Assembly (NCBI RefSeq): GCF_964355755.1
Contig: NC_092678.1
Location: 25,251,365-25,315,364, forward strand
Reading direction: 5' to 3'
Length of the DNA: 64,000 bases
Origin: Antedon mediterranea
Taxonomy: Eukaryota; Animalia; Echinodermata
Of this stretch, positions 48,275 to 61,637 are shown in pieces. Position numbers and translations under genes: made by a program. The notes beneath the pieces were generated by a model. The model ran no database searches. It was not told the origin of the DNA and saw nothing but the letters and a program-made list of their open reading frames with translations. Every line of letters starts with the position of its first letter. Position 1 is the first letter of the stretch.

Positions 48275-50691
48275 TCATTCACATGAACCTAATCTCATAG
48301 TCTTTCGAGCACACCTCAATTGTCCACCACACGGACATAATTGACCACTTCTTTGACCAATCCATGGATGTTGAAAACTGTGTACGTTACAGGTTGAGCC
48401 GATTGTTCCAAGGGGAGAGCACTCGCGGTATTGACCGCCTCTACTCACTACACAACAGGATCCTGAAGCCCTTTGTGTTGCGCAATCTAAATCTGTTTGG
48501 CAGGTCTGTTTAAAAATAAAGCAAAAATTCACCGTCAGTTTTATTTTACAATTGAATGGCAAATTCTGTGATTGGAATTTTAAAACTGCAGATAATAAAA
48601 TCTGAATATACAATCTAAATAATATTTGGCAAGAAGTGAATCTGCTAAAATATAAATGTCAGGTTATCTTAAATTGAATGAATGATAATAAATCATTGTA
48701 ATAAAGATAGAGCGTTCAAAAGATGATGAAGTAATTTATATTTATATCAACTTTGAATCTTGTTGATGAAACCTTAATGAACATGATCTTTATTATTTAA
48801 ATAGAAATTGAAAACCATTTAAAAATTAGTTTTGCTGGACTCGGAGCTTAATTGTTAGTAGAGTTCATTTTATCTGTCACTTTAGCAAAAATAACCATTA
48901 TTTGTAGTTTCTTCCATCACTAACTTTAAATGTCAAATTTATCAATTTTCGGTGCTTATTTTTACTCAAGGTTGTGAATCTTTATACTGACATTTTATAA
49001 GAATTTTATTGTACTGAATCTCCACATTATGGATGTATGTCCAGTACTATAGGCACATTTATTTATTTATTTCATTTCATTTATTTATTTATTTCACTTT
49101 ACAAATATATAAATATAAAGTGGAGGAGCCTAAAAGAAAGCAAAGCTTGTGGTGAATAGGCTCCTCAAAACAAACAAAAATTAAATATAAATAATATAAC
49201 ACAATTAGAAACTCCAAAAAAACAATTAAACTAATATCTTTTCTCTAACACATAAGTTTAACATGTTTAAAACTAAAAAAACAAGTAAAAATAGATTATA
49301 TAAATTATTTAAGAAATATCCAAATATATCAATAATAAAAGAATTTACCAAGAACCTTCAACCAATAATAGTTTAAATTGACGTTTAAATAAAGCACAGT
49401 TATGAGATTTTTTTAAGAGATAAAGGAAGAGAATTCCAGAGTTTAGGTCCAGTGTATACAAGGGTATTCATTTTAAGACTAGTTCGAGTAAATGGCAGGT
49501 GATACTGAAAAAAATTATTTAATGATACAAATTGTTGCCTATCAGAAAGGTAACTTCTAAACCATTTTTGAGCCACCCCTCTAATTCCATAGTTTGATAA
49601 TTTATGCAGTAAGATTTCATGATTAACTGTATCGAAAGCTTTGGAGTAATACAGAGTCACATTGTATCACACGTGGTGCCTGTATATCATGTTAAGGTTG
49701 ATTAATTGCCTATACATCAAACAAGCGACACCGTTTTCCGTTCCGTGAAACGGAACAAGTGTGATGATATTGCTTTACGAGAACGTTCGATAAAGTCGAA
49801 GCCGACATTTTAAGCAAAAATTTCATAGAATTCAATTTATTGACATCATTTCCGGTCAGTGTATAATACTTATTGGTTGTTACTAGGTCAGTGATATAAA
49901 AATTATTATGGGTAATGAATGGGGGCGTTGTACGCAAGATAGGTAATTAGCCAGGTACTTATTATTTGTCGTTCTGCGCTCTTTAAATGAAGACCAAACA
50001 TTTTACGTGCAATATTTTCTATTTTAATTACTAACTATACCTAATAAACTTCCTTATATGAGCATAATATAATTTCGTTTAAATTGAAAAAAAAATGTAA
50101 GCGGGCAGTTACCTTTTAATACGTTTGTTAAAAGACAAATTGATCGAAAAACCAATAACTTGTATTGCTATATTCTTGTATAGTAAGTATACATATTTAA
50201 TAGACAAATTACCGCAGTAATACCGAAGTATACATATTCAATAGACAAATTACAGCAGTAATACCAAAGATATGGTGAAACATACAAGATGAAATTCTTT
50301 GAATCATAGTTGTAATGGAGACTCGATCTATGTAGGCCCTACCTAGGCACCCATTGTGCCTTATTTTGATCAAATGTTATACTAACGTATTTAAATCCAG
50401 TCGAATTTAATTTAGTAAATTTAAATTTAAAATTTGTTGGTCGCGTTTAGCCCAGAATATTACCTCGCTGTCGAAAGAACACATCCCTATAGCCGCTAAC
50501 ATGCATACTCTTTATTAGATTAGATAAAATAATTGATAAAAGTTAGGCCTACTTACCAAAATAGATGGAAAACGTTTTTCTTTCCTCATATAATCGTCGT
50601 CGTCGTCGATATAATCAGATATATACATAGCACAAATTACTGTTGGAAGTAAAGTCAATAATACAAATAGTAGATTTGTATTTGGCATCAT
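48275..50691 (-). CDS. Secreted 10-Cys prokineticin/colipase-fold peptide precursor (paralog A)
   Basis: Exon 1 50691-50557 = MMPNTNLLFVLLTLLPTVICAMYISDYIDDDDDYMRKEKRFPSIL, followed by GTAAGT. Exon 2 48505-48275 (phase 0 after ttttaaacag) = TCQTDLDCATQRASGSCCVVSRGGQYRECSPLGTIGSTCNVHSFQHPWIGQRSGQLCPCGGQLRCARKTMRLGSCE*. Cys pattern C-x5-C-CC-C-C-CPC-C-C as in prokineticin/MIT1/astakine. Confidence 0.85.
49065..49660 (-). mobile_element. LINE (CR1/L2-type) reverse transcriptase fragment with internal deletion and 3' UTR
   Basis: SKAFDTVNHEILLHKLSNYGIRG...WFRSYLSDRQQFV joined to GPKLWNSLP; 3' hairpin gaggagccta...taggctcctc and (aaata)n tail. Lies in the intron of peptide paralog A. Confidence 0.82.
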
Positions 50692-52419
50692 TTCTAAGTT
50701 TCGTCTAAGTTCTCTTCTTTTTTACGTTAAGTACACACTTCTTTTTCTATTTATCCCGTTTGATCTACGCCGAACCGTGACGCCTAGAATAAATGTCTGC
50801 TGACGTGCCCAGTTGAGAAATACATCATATTCTGGTCAATATTCCTAAGTAACAACCTTACCTTCGCCGTACAACTTAAATTATAATTGTCTAACTTTTG
50901 GAACGAATCCTGGCGGTTTTTAACGATATCTGCAACAGTTTTTATAACAACATTTAGTCTTGATTGGATGATAATATAAGTGACGGATCCAATAGGAAAG
51001 CACCGCTTATTACCTTATACGAACTGCTTTCGTTATTTTCTTCTTACGTTCATCGATAATTGACGTTCCACAAATATATCGAACCATTCAACTCCTACTT
51101 TATTTCGTTAATTATATCAGTTTTTATCCGTACATTTGAGCATGATCTTAGTAATATTAAAATCGATCTATTTATCGATCTATCTTGGCTAGGTCAATAT
51201 CAAACAATACAAACAGAGAACCCATCCCTACAATAATTAATATTTTAAACAATAGTTCATAGAGCCAAAGCGACAGAGTGATATTGTTGTAATTTTTATT
51301 TCATTGTTATTAGGCCTACATCCTTGTTATTGTACAGTAATGTTGTAAATGCAACGTTTTTAGCCTTGCGGCTACGGGGCGGCCGTATGCGGCTACTTGT
51401 TGTGAATGTTATACCCGAATAAATAAATATTCTTTTTCTCTCTAACCAGTGTCATAAGAGTTCACAGCAGAAGTATTTGAGGCTCGGGTTGGGGGCGACG
51501 TCGGTGGTTATTTCAGCATTATATGTACGTTATAAGGATTCTTTTATTACTAATCTCTCTATCTAAACATTTTTTTTTCGCAGATGTCGTGATAGAGCAT
51601 TATATTTTACTAGCTTGGTTTCCTATCATACTCTTAAAAACCAATCTTTTTTCTATTTTTTTCTCTCAGCGCTTTGGGACAATCTTTTGATTGTATAAGC
51701 GCTATATAAATCGAACAACATTACATTATGGAACACTGATCAAAAATGATGATCCAAGCTATCGCTTGTAATTGGTCAGATTACCTGCGCCGACCTCTTG
51801 CCTTACGCACCAACTTATTTCGTTACGCACAAACGTATTGCGTTGCGTCTAAGTTTGAACCATTTGTATAATATATTATTTGCGTTGCATTCATTTGTTT
51901 TGATAAATTTTCCTACTTAAAAACGCGTCATCTGATATAATAACATTTTATTCAATATTTAAAATTATTTATTGACACTATTCCGGTATATTTAAAATTA
52001 AATTCAATAGAAATATTGAACGATTATTGAATACCGTATAATATGTAGACTATTCTATAAAGTACACATTACTTTTGAGATGGCTATCTTGAATGTTAAA
52101 ACTAATAATAACGAAAGACTATAACGTTGTGACCTTAAACGATCATTACTGTAGTAGGATGTGTATTATGCCAAGCATTCTAGTAATCTCAATGTCATTA
52201 CGATATGTATAGATACACTGTGTTTAGTTATTGAATAATAATCACCAATAATCATATATTCAAATTGCATGCATCGGATGGTGTTAATGTGTCTTACCGT
52301 TATATCTTATCATTATTGTAATACCGTTATTAGTTTTAAAGGAGTTGGATAGTGACGTTGATGATGACGTTGTTGTGCGCCATACAAGTAAGGGCGTATA
52401 TTGAACCAAAGTATTAACC

Positions 52420-52630
52420 AATCATAAGCGACAGTTCGGATGGTCCATCGTGACGCGATTGGTAAAAGTACGCGTTGCGCGCTTACGTACGCCCTTGCAT
52501 TGCGTCCCATTAGGACGCAACGTACGGACCTAAGCCGCAACGCAACGAATTGACCAATCAAAAGCGACAGTTCGAATAATCCATCGCTTTTGATTGGTCA
52601 ATTTGTTTGCGTTGTGTGGCTTAAGTCCCT
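52420..52630. mobile_element. MITE family 2-related fragments
   Basis: ttgaccaatcaaaagcga-cagttcgaataatcca-tcgcttttgattggtcaa hairpin, near-identical to 61569-61620. Confidence 0.7.
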
Positions 52631-53949
52631 GCGCGGCATCATAGGAAGTAAGTTGTTGTTTTGTTGGTTGAGCATTGAGAAACATAACTTGTAGGTCTAT
52701 CGTTGAATAATCAATTACTTTTTTTTAGTTTATGAGCTTATCCATTTAATAACAATATGAATTGCTTTGATTAACTGTGTGGTAATCAGCATATATTAGG
52801 TTTAAAGGTGTCAGAAATGCAAATGAGATGTTTGCATCACCATTATGTCCATCGTCATCATTATTATCCAATCTATCTCCTTCCTTCAGTAAAAGGTCTT
52901 AACTCAAAAACTGTTCTTACCTTTTATTAGAAGCATTTTGGTCACATTCGCTACCATGCAATATTCAGCCATTCTCAGTAAACGCAGACTACATTGCATT
53001 ATGTCATTTTTGTTGTGGCTCAAATCGAATATTATAATATTAATAATATACTATGTTTTAGCAGACACAGTAAAAGTTTGCTGAAATAGACTGATCATTT
53101 TAAAAAGTAAAATAATTATGTAATAATGCTATAAGGGCCCTATAATATAGTATTGGCATTATTTTGTCTGGCTGGAAGGGCTCCCTCTATATATCAAACA
53201 TAACTTTCTTAAACATTAATGTATACTGTGATTACGACTGATAAATTAAATGATTATAACTTGTATATATCCATCCATTGGTACGGTGTGGTATTGAACT
53301 TAAGAAATGCAAAGATCAACTTCAGGAACTTAATGTACGGTAGTTGTAAACGATCTTTCAGTAATTGAGAAAAATTGTTTGGACATTATCCCGAGGAGCT
53401 AAATCTATAGTAGGAAATGTCATAAAGTATGCGAAATCATAGTTTGTCACGGAATAGGCTATAATGAAGAATATATCTCGGCGGCATAGTAATGGAATAG
53501 GATGACGTCACTGCTCACCTTCTGTAAAAAAATGTTTCGTAATGTGTTGTGTTCATGTTATGTAAATTATTTCAATTCTATGTGTTTCTCTGTGTTTACA
53601 GTATATACGGTAATAATATATTTACCGGGCGGTTTCATTCCGTGCCTGTTAATTTAAATATCAATAATATATTGTTCAAAAACCACGCACAATTATATAA
53701 CATTATGTTATGACGTCAGCAATTGATGGAATCGTCCATAATGTTTAAATTACTTAAGTAACAAGTTGTCATGAATCCTGAAATAAATTCGTACCACCCA
53801 CCGCCATTTTGATAATAGATGAATACATTTTAATGCGGCGCGCACGCCACCTACATTTTTAGCCGGAGGCTTACATTATAACCGATCACTTACTTGGTAC
53901 CTTTTTTGTTTACTCTGTACACTGACGTCAGACTTTGGGTCGGTATCCC

Positions 53950-54560
53950 TGAGTTTTCCAATGATAAAATTTGCGGACGACTCGGCTATGGTTGGACTTA
54001 TTAATAATAACAATTCTTCTCTATACCTTTCTGAATAGTTAAGAAGTTAAATACAATTAGGCTGTACTGCCTGAGGAAACTCGGTTCGTTTGGAGTAAAG
54101 CAGGATATTTGTAAAATGTTTTACTCATCAGTGATGTTATCTATTTGGGGTTATTGTATGTTGGGCTGGGCTGGAAATATCAGTAAAGGGGATAAAGACC
54201 GAATTGAAAAGGTGCTGGGTAGAGCGGGGAAATTAATTGGTTCGTCTGTGCAAACGCTTTACTCTTTCTACAGCGAACGTCTTGCCGATGTGTTCCATGC
54301 TATATTGGAAGACACCAACCATCCTCTTCATAACGACATTATCGGCTCCGTTATCGTTAGAAGTGGTAGAATGAGGACGGTGAATGCACAGACGGACCGG
54401 TACAAGTACTCGTTCTACCCAGTTTGGATAAGGCATTATAACAAAACATTTGTTAGATAGTCCCATTTATATTTATTTATTTAGGCAAGCCAAGGTTTAT
54501 GAGCACTGTAATTTCCATTAATTTTTTGGACAATAAATGAATCTGTATCTGTATCTGTAC
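53950..54560 (+). mobile_element. LINE (Rex-Babar-like) RT fragment
   Basis: KFADDSAMVGLI (RT catalytic-type motif), RLYCLRKLGSFGV..MFYSSV, NHPLH...SGR...T.RYKYSFYP; (tgtatc)n tail at about 54541-54560. Confidence 0.82.
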
Positions 54561-55038
54561 AGATTATTATATAAGATAGTATTATCTCTAAGGAGAAAAC
54601 ATGATATGATAAGTTCATTTACAATTTTGTTTTAGAATTCCTTAATGAATGTACGCGTGCATGCTTTTCAGTGCATATCACCATGGTATCACCTACATCA
54701 TCATTTATATCAATCAATGTTATCTATGATGTTATTTTATATTATTTATATTACACAATATTTATAAACGCATGACTGCGATATTTTATCAGTTATGATT
54801 TCAGCTGATAACCTTTATTTCATTTATTAATATTTCAGTTAAATATGGTTTTATATTGAAGTTCAAATACAATTTTTTTTACTTTAACCATATTTAATGA
54901 GGGTGATCCATCCAGCATTTGCTGATCATTTGGGACCCCCAGAACAGATACAATATACAAAATACAACAAAAACAGAAAAGTAAAAGGAAAACAAAAAAA
55001 AATAAAATTAATTACATAAGACTAAAAATCCTTGACAA

Positions 55039-55072
<34 letters not shown>

Positions 55073-55340
55073 TTAGATCTACTATTTTACAATTAAAATC
55101 TGGAAAAGGATTACATAGTTTTGAGAAAAGTCATAAGTCTAGTTTTGAAAGAGGAAAAGGATGAGGAATTGCGGATAGATAGAGGATACATATATAATAA
55201 TTCATTTCCGGTTATTTTATTTATTTTTTTATTAGTCAAAAACGTCTTTTTTGCCAATTGATCGGAATATGTTCACCTCCTCTTCGCCTCCGTTCTTTCC
55301 TGTCTTATTACTTGTGTTGAATAAGGTGTTAGTTCCTGAT

Positions 55341-55475
55341 ATATATGTGTGTCCCCTTAATATATGTGTGTCCCCTTAATATATGGGTGTCCCCTTAATA
55401 TATGGGTGTCCCCTTAATATATGGGTGTCCCCTTAATATATGGGTGTCCCCTTAATATATGGGTGTCCCCTTAAT
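55341..55475. repeat. About 19-bp minisatellite
   Basis: (aatatatgggtgtcccctt)n, 6-7 copies. Confidence 0.88.
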
Positions 55476-56091
55476 ACGATACGATAGTATTTATTGTCAT
55501 TTTAACAACAATCAGGTACAAATGGCATTTGGTTGGTTTGTTTACATTTTGATTTACAGTACAGTACAATGAATACAAAAGAAGCGTGTAGCCAATGAAT
55601 GCTGCGTAAACGGCCTTCCATAGTAACCAATAAATAGGTGGTGTTTCCAAAGGAAAGGGAACGATATACTATATCCTGTATTAGGATTTCTGTATTTTGG
55701 TTTTATTCATAGATGGAACTTTTAGTTAGGAAGTATGAATTACGTCATAATACTATACTAAATCTTGTGTATTCACAATATTATATTAGTGATTCCAATC
55801 AAAGTGTATCAGGTTGGCCGGCAAGATTATGAGGGCAGCAAACACTATCTTTGCCATTGTGTGTTGATTGGCGAGATTACGATATAAAGTAGTTTTGTTG
55901 GCAGACTTCATGTGTAACTCCAGATTTTAATATTTACCTTTAAATTGTATTATTTACCTTTAAATTGTATTTAGAGGGCAGTCTAACGGAGACAGCATCT
56001 TGGAACCCATTTTAATTGCTGCAATTGTCCAGCGATGCGTCTATATTTTCTGTTTTTAGAAATGCGACAACCTGAAGATTTTTATAAATAG

Positions 56092-56190
56092 GCCTATAGA
56101 CTTGACGATGTCATATCACTAACAAATTTGAGCACAACCATATTTTGACAAACTTTTTTTGTCAAACTAGTTTGATAGTGTAGACAGAGC
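56092..56190. mobile_element. MITE family 1 right half
   Basis: gatgtcatatcacta ... gtcaaactagtttgatagtgtagacagagc. Confidence 0.72.
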
Positions 56191-57747
56191 ACTAGGGGGA
56201 TTTTAATTATTACCTCGATTTTTTATAAAGCATTTATTCGATTCAATATTTACGTATTACATTTTTAAGATAAACACGTTGATATATTTCAGTCTGGCTC
56301 CTTAAATATAAATTTGTACTTTTCATTAATCAGAGATAAATATAACTCTTACATAGGACGCCCTCTAAACGTTCTGTTGAATTCGTATTTATGAGTTTAA
56401 TATTTGTTTAGGTAGTATTGTGAAATTAATTTAAATGCCTATCAAATGTTTTTTTAAACACATACAATATTGAAAAGCGTATCGTTCACTCATTACGTCA
56501 TTCCGTCAAAATGACGTCATTCAGTCGTATATATCGACTAGATTAATTAAATTGTAGAGTATAGTTACAGTGTATATTGTAATTAATATGAAATAAATAT
56601 TTACCTGTCGTATGCCGTCAATCAGTCGTTTGATTATGGCCAACTTACTACCATACTTAGACCTTCCGGATGTCCTAATATGGAACATTAAGTATACTAC
56701 TATAGTATCAATTATAAATGTTAGGGTATTTCCCATAGAAAATAAAGGAAATATTCTTAGCATGATGTTTCTTTCTTTAAAAAAAAACAAAAATGTAATT
56801 TATTGGAACATTAAAATGTAAACATGATTGTGTTTCCATTAATGGGTTGACTAAAAGTGTGTTGGCCTATTACTCTAATTTGTGTTTAAATTATACATTA
56901 TTTTGTTTTATAATGTTCTCTTTTTTTTACAATATTTCGAATTGTTATGAATTAAATCAAACTCAAAATTCTTGCTCGATTTAATACGAAATATCTAAAA
57001 GAACCGCAACTTTACCCAGCGGCCATTTTGCAATATTTCCAAACAGCTTTTAAAATTGACTTTTATTAAATATAATGATATAATGAAAGCTGAAAGTGAA
57101 CTTTTTAGTCCACCCCCTTCTTTTTCTAACAAATGATAAATTTAATAATTTAAGATGACAATTCTGTTCATGTTTCTATGAATTAGCAGTTAGTTGTGTT
57201 GTTCTTGATTTGTACAACTGCTGATCGAGATAAATGTGCAATCATTTGAGAAGGCGTACATGTCTCATTTTGTCGTCTTCTGGTTCAAATTAAATTCCGT
57301 TATTTCCTTAGAGATCTGCCTTGGTCAATTTTCTTTCTAGAAACTGTTTACCCCGAAATCATTATTTTTGCCGCATGCAAAGATATTTAATAATAATAAT
57401 AATATATACTTATGCTATAGGCCTACACTTTTTTTAAAGCACATGGTAGATTTCTTAATGTTCTTTAGCCGCTCCGTTGTTCTCTGTCCCTCATTATTTG
57501 AACGCGCACGCGCGCGTTACATATGTGATATATGAACGCGCGCGCACATGTAGCAGTAGTATTAATTACTATGGCATTGTTTTAATTGTAGAGTGCATTA
57601 TCAACACTCATAGTTTTTTTTCTTTTGTATGAATAAAGTTATCTTATCTTCATATCTTATCATATACTATTTCTGTCAATATTTAGATATATTTTCTTAG
57701 TTTCTCATAGTTCAGTATATACAGTGGTTCAAATGAGAGAGTATTAA

Positions 57748-57902
57748 GCTCTGTCTACACTATCAAACCAGTTTGACAAAAAAGTATGATGTGCCCATAT
57801 ATGGTAGTGATATGCTTAGATATGGTAGTGATATGACATCATCATGTCCATATATGATTCACATTTTTTTGTCACTTAAAGTTTGATAGTGTAGACAGAA
57901 CT
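57748..57902. mobile_element. MITE family 1 copy
   Basis: Both TIRs. Confidence 0.85.
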
Positions 57903-60229
57903 TGAGGTAGGTTTGTTAATTTTTAACGTAAATCATATTTTCACATTTTTTAACTTTCTTGGTATGCGTAATTTAGCTATATATTTTGACGATATTTTAT
58001 TAATTTAATACCTGCAAACGACTTGATGTCTCCACTGTTAGAATGTACGTTCATTCATCATCTACAGTAGACCTAAGATCCGGTTCTACCTCAACTCAAG
58101 AATCTTACTTATAATGTTGCCTCTCCAATCACATTCTAATCACTAATCACATTGTCCTTTTGGCCTGTTGTTTACACCAAATTTAATTAAATTATCCATT
58201 CTTAATGTCATTTAGACGACATTAGAGACGGCTGAGCCCAAACGTGATTTCTTTACCAACGCGTGTATTTGTGGGTGCGGTTTGTGGCCAATGCCCCTGG
58301 CGCTGACCAAAATAAACTAGTATGTTACGACTCAGCTATGTACTGCATTCATATATTTTGGATAACAACACGTACGTGTACCTGTTGATATGAACTTCGA
58401 AGTCCTATTTACACATTCTTTTTAAATGTTATATAAGGTCCAAAAAATGTTACAAAACAAACATAAATCGGACATAATTATGATGATATAAGGCAAATGT
58501 TATAGGCCCTATATATCATTTTTAGTTAACTTAAAGTGCGCCGTTTACTGTCAATATATGTGTTGTTATAACTCATAATAGTGTAAATATAGGATATAAT
58601 AACTCTTTTTTATAATAGTTCTTAACAAATATTAATAATCTTTTAAACTAAATCGGATTCATGCTTACTTTCTCTCCCCTGTTGTACGTTGTGCGTCTCA
58701 CTTGTATATTTCTCGTCATCGTTTTATCAAACAGTCACAGTATCATCCTCTCATCATAACACATCCGCGTATATTCGTATTTTTATCAGTGTTTGTGCGC
58801 GCTCACCACAATTCAGTCGTTATATCATACAAAGTAAATCAAAATAGACACAATTTTCCATTCAAAATTCAATAATTTATTTTAACGTGTTCGTTGACAA
58901 ACAATAAATACAGTTTTTGTCCAATTTGTTTGACAAATACTGGACATACTATTAAATGACACTGTGGGTCATTTTTATCTCAATAACCTGACCCCGTAAG
59001 GCCAGACATGGAATTAATATTTAAATAAATAACCCCCTAGAAGTTGGCATTGGATGTGACACCTACTCATCACATAGTTTGGATTCCATACTATTGTATG
59101 TTGAGGTGTACATCACACAATCACAGTTAGTTTATGATATGTTGTAAAATATCACTGGCCGCATTGTTTACTGTTGTTTTAAACTGATAACAATTCTCAT
59201 TAATCATTAAAAAAATATTTTAAAGTAATAAATTCTGTAATAAAACAATCAAACAACTTCCTATTAATAATAATTATTCAATAAAAAATAGTTCAAGGTT
59301 GTTAAAAATATAACTTATTATTTGAACGCGCACGCGCGCGATACATATGTGATATGTGAACGCACACGCACGAGATAGATATGTGGCAGTAGCTTTTTAT
59401 TAATTACTATGTGTTTAATTAGCACCGTGTAGGATGTGGATTAGTAACCCATGGGGGGAAGCAGTCTTAATACCGTCTACATTACACATTTAAACGCAAC
59501 TCTTTATAAGGATATCGGTAGAAGAATAACATAAATGACGTCAAAATCTCGACGTTCCCATGTTAAAATTGAAATTGATAAATGAATTTGGTTTCGGTAT
59601 CAAACATAAAAGGAAACATTGTACGTGATACGTTAATATTTGTCTTTGGGGATTAAATACAATATTAAAAGTCAGTGCAATAAGGATTAAAATGTTAAAC
59701 TGTATAGGCTTAATAGCCCCTCCATGGTCAACTTATGACGTCATTTAAATAATTATCACTTTTACAATCGTAATTAAACAAACATGAGTGTACACATTTC
59801 AATAGTCTGCCTTTGAGAATAATTATTGTGCAAAATATCCTTCAACATATTCCAAACAAATGTCCACTTGAAATATCTTGTATTGCTACTTTTTCTTCTT
59901 AACTAATTTGTTACATAATTTATGTATAAAAATAAACATTTTGTGTATTGCACTTTATGTTACAAGGCGCCTTAATAAATAATGGCTATTAACAGTTTTT
60001 CACAACTTCTGTCCCATGACACAGCAGTTTCGTATCGGTGAGCTTCTTCAAATGGGAAACCTGCCCATTGCGCGTATTATAATTGTTCCGTTTGTACGCC
60101 GCCAGTTTGACTGAACGTACGCGCGCGGCTAATTCTTCATCTGGCACATAAGTACTGAAGTTTTACTATCTTCTTGTACCCTGCTTCTGATGAGGCTATT
60201 TCAGTATTCATTTCATTTTCGTACAATGT

Positions 60230-60820
60230 TCAGCCAGTAGCACATACACCCTTCCTCCGTCCGTTCGGTATCGAACAGTGTAAGCCCGATGAGCAGGGGC
60301 ATCTTGTAAATAGTTGGTCTGGTTGTATAGGGTTCGGCCTATTGACGCAAGTGTGCCCAACACCAGGCCGCCTTCGACATACTTGACGACCAAAATGCAT
60401 AGCACAACAGTGGCTGCTGGGACAGCCCGAGTTTGAATCACACATTGTTCCCATTGGCTACAAAAAGAAAATCAATCATTTAGAATACATAAATGAAGTA
60501 ATATACAAACGAATTTGAATGCATTTTTAGTCACAACATTTCGAATTATTTCGATGGCTCGAAAATAAAATAAATCGGCTGCAAATTAGGTACTGATGAT
60601 ACCGTACTATGTTTAAATTGTTCAATTAAACAGTAAAGAAGGCTTGATTTAAAGATATAAAATATAAACATGTGATAAAACTTACAACTTTAGGAAACCT
60701 CTTTTCTCTGTGATGCTCTTCTGTTTCTTCAATATCAATCACAGGACTGCCATTACACATGCAGGCCATACAGACAAACAGACAGAATAATACTGAAGTA
60801 TGTATCATAATAACTTCCAT
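60230..60820 (-). CDS. Secreted 10-Cys prokineticin/colipase-fold peptide precursor (paralog B)
   Basis: Exon 1 60820-60686 = MEVIMIHTSVLFCLFVCMACMCNGSPVIDIEETEEHHREKRFPKV, followed by GTAAGT. Exon 2 60457-60230 (phase 0) = PMGTMCDSNSGCPSSHCCAMHFGRQVCRRRPGVGHTCVNRPNPIQPDQLFTRCPCSSGLHCSIPNGRRKGVCATG*. Same 10-Cys pattern and exon structure as paralog A. Confidence 0.88.
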
Positions 60821-61544
60821 AATAAACCGTAGATAAAGATCCTTAAAACAATTCAAAGATATAGTTAAACAATATTGAGTTTTTTCGAATTCGAGCAGCT
60901 TGTCTTACTAAGCCTTGTTGCGTTGTTAAGTAAGTTGTCAGAATTTATGAATTTAAAATATGTTGATATGTCTTTATACTATCCAATCGGAAGTATAGAA
61001 ATTCCTCAAACCGCCGTATAATAGGTGCAATGCTATTGGCCAATGTAAACACGCCTACTTTTTAGAATAGCTTGGATCGCGCGACGCCCACTGTCTATTG
61101 TGACTTCCCATACCGATGCGTTACATCCGGGCTAGCTTGTTGCTAGGATGTTTTTATAGCCTTGTACAGTTTTAAAAATACTGTAGTGGTTTCATGTATA
61201 ATGAACTTTGAATGAATTATACATAAATGGCCATTATTATCATTTTATAAATTAAATATTTGTTTCAATTTGTGCACTATGCTGGAATTAAGATTATGAT
61301 TTACATTAACTAAATGCTAAAAATATGTTTCCATACTATAGCCAAATTCATTCTTTATTTCGGATATCATAATCCATATCAAATACTCAATTGTACTAAT
61401 AAAATAAAGAACCGATAGGAAAATATTTTTTGAATGAAGGACGGTAAAAAATAACAAAATAGCATTACACTAAATGTATTTTATTTCATACACAAAAAGC
61501 CGTCAGTTCTAGGGGTTACGTCACCAACAGGGCACCATTTTTAG

Positions 61545-61637
61545 GACGTAAGCGCAACGCAAGTGAGTTGACCAATCACAAGTGACAGTTCGAATAATCC
61601 ATCGCTTGTGATTGGTTAAATTACTTGCAAGTTGCGC
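61545..61637. mobile_element. MITE family 2-related fragment
   Basis: gcaacgcaagtgagttgaccaatcacaagtgacagttcgaataatccatcgcttgtgattggttaaattacttgc. Confidence 0.7.

Noticed and set aside
50464-50495. Possible extra small exon in peptide paralog A (AG...GAG|GTAAT on minus strand)
   Set aside because: Candidate lengths of 4, 23 or 32 nt break the phase-0 frame between the two clear exons.
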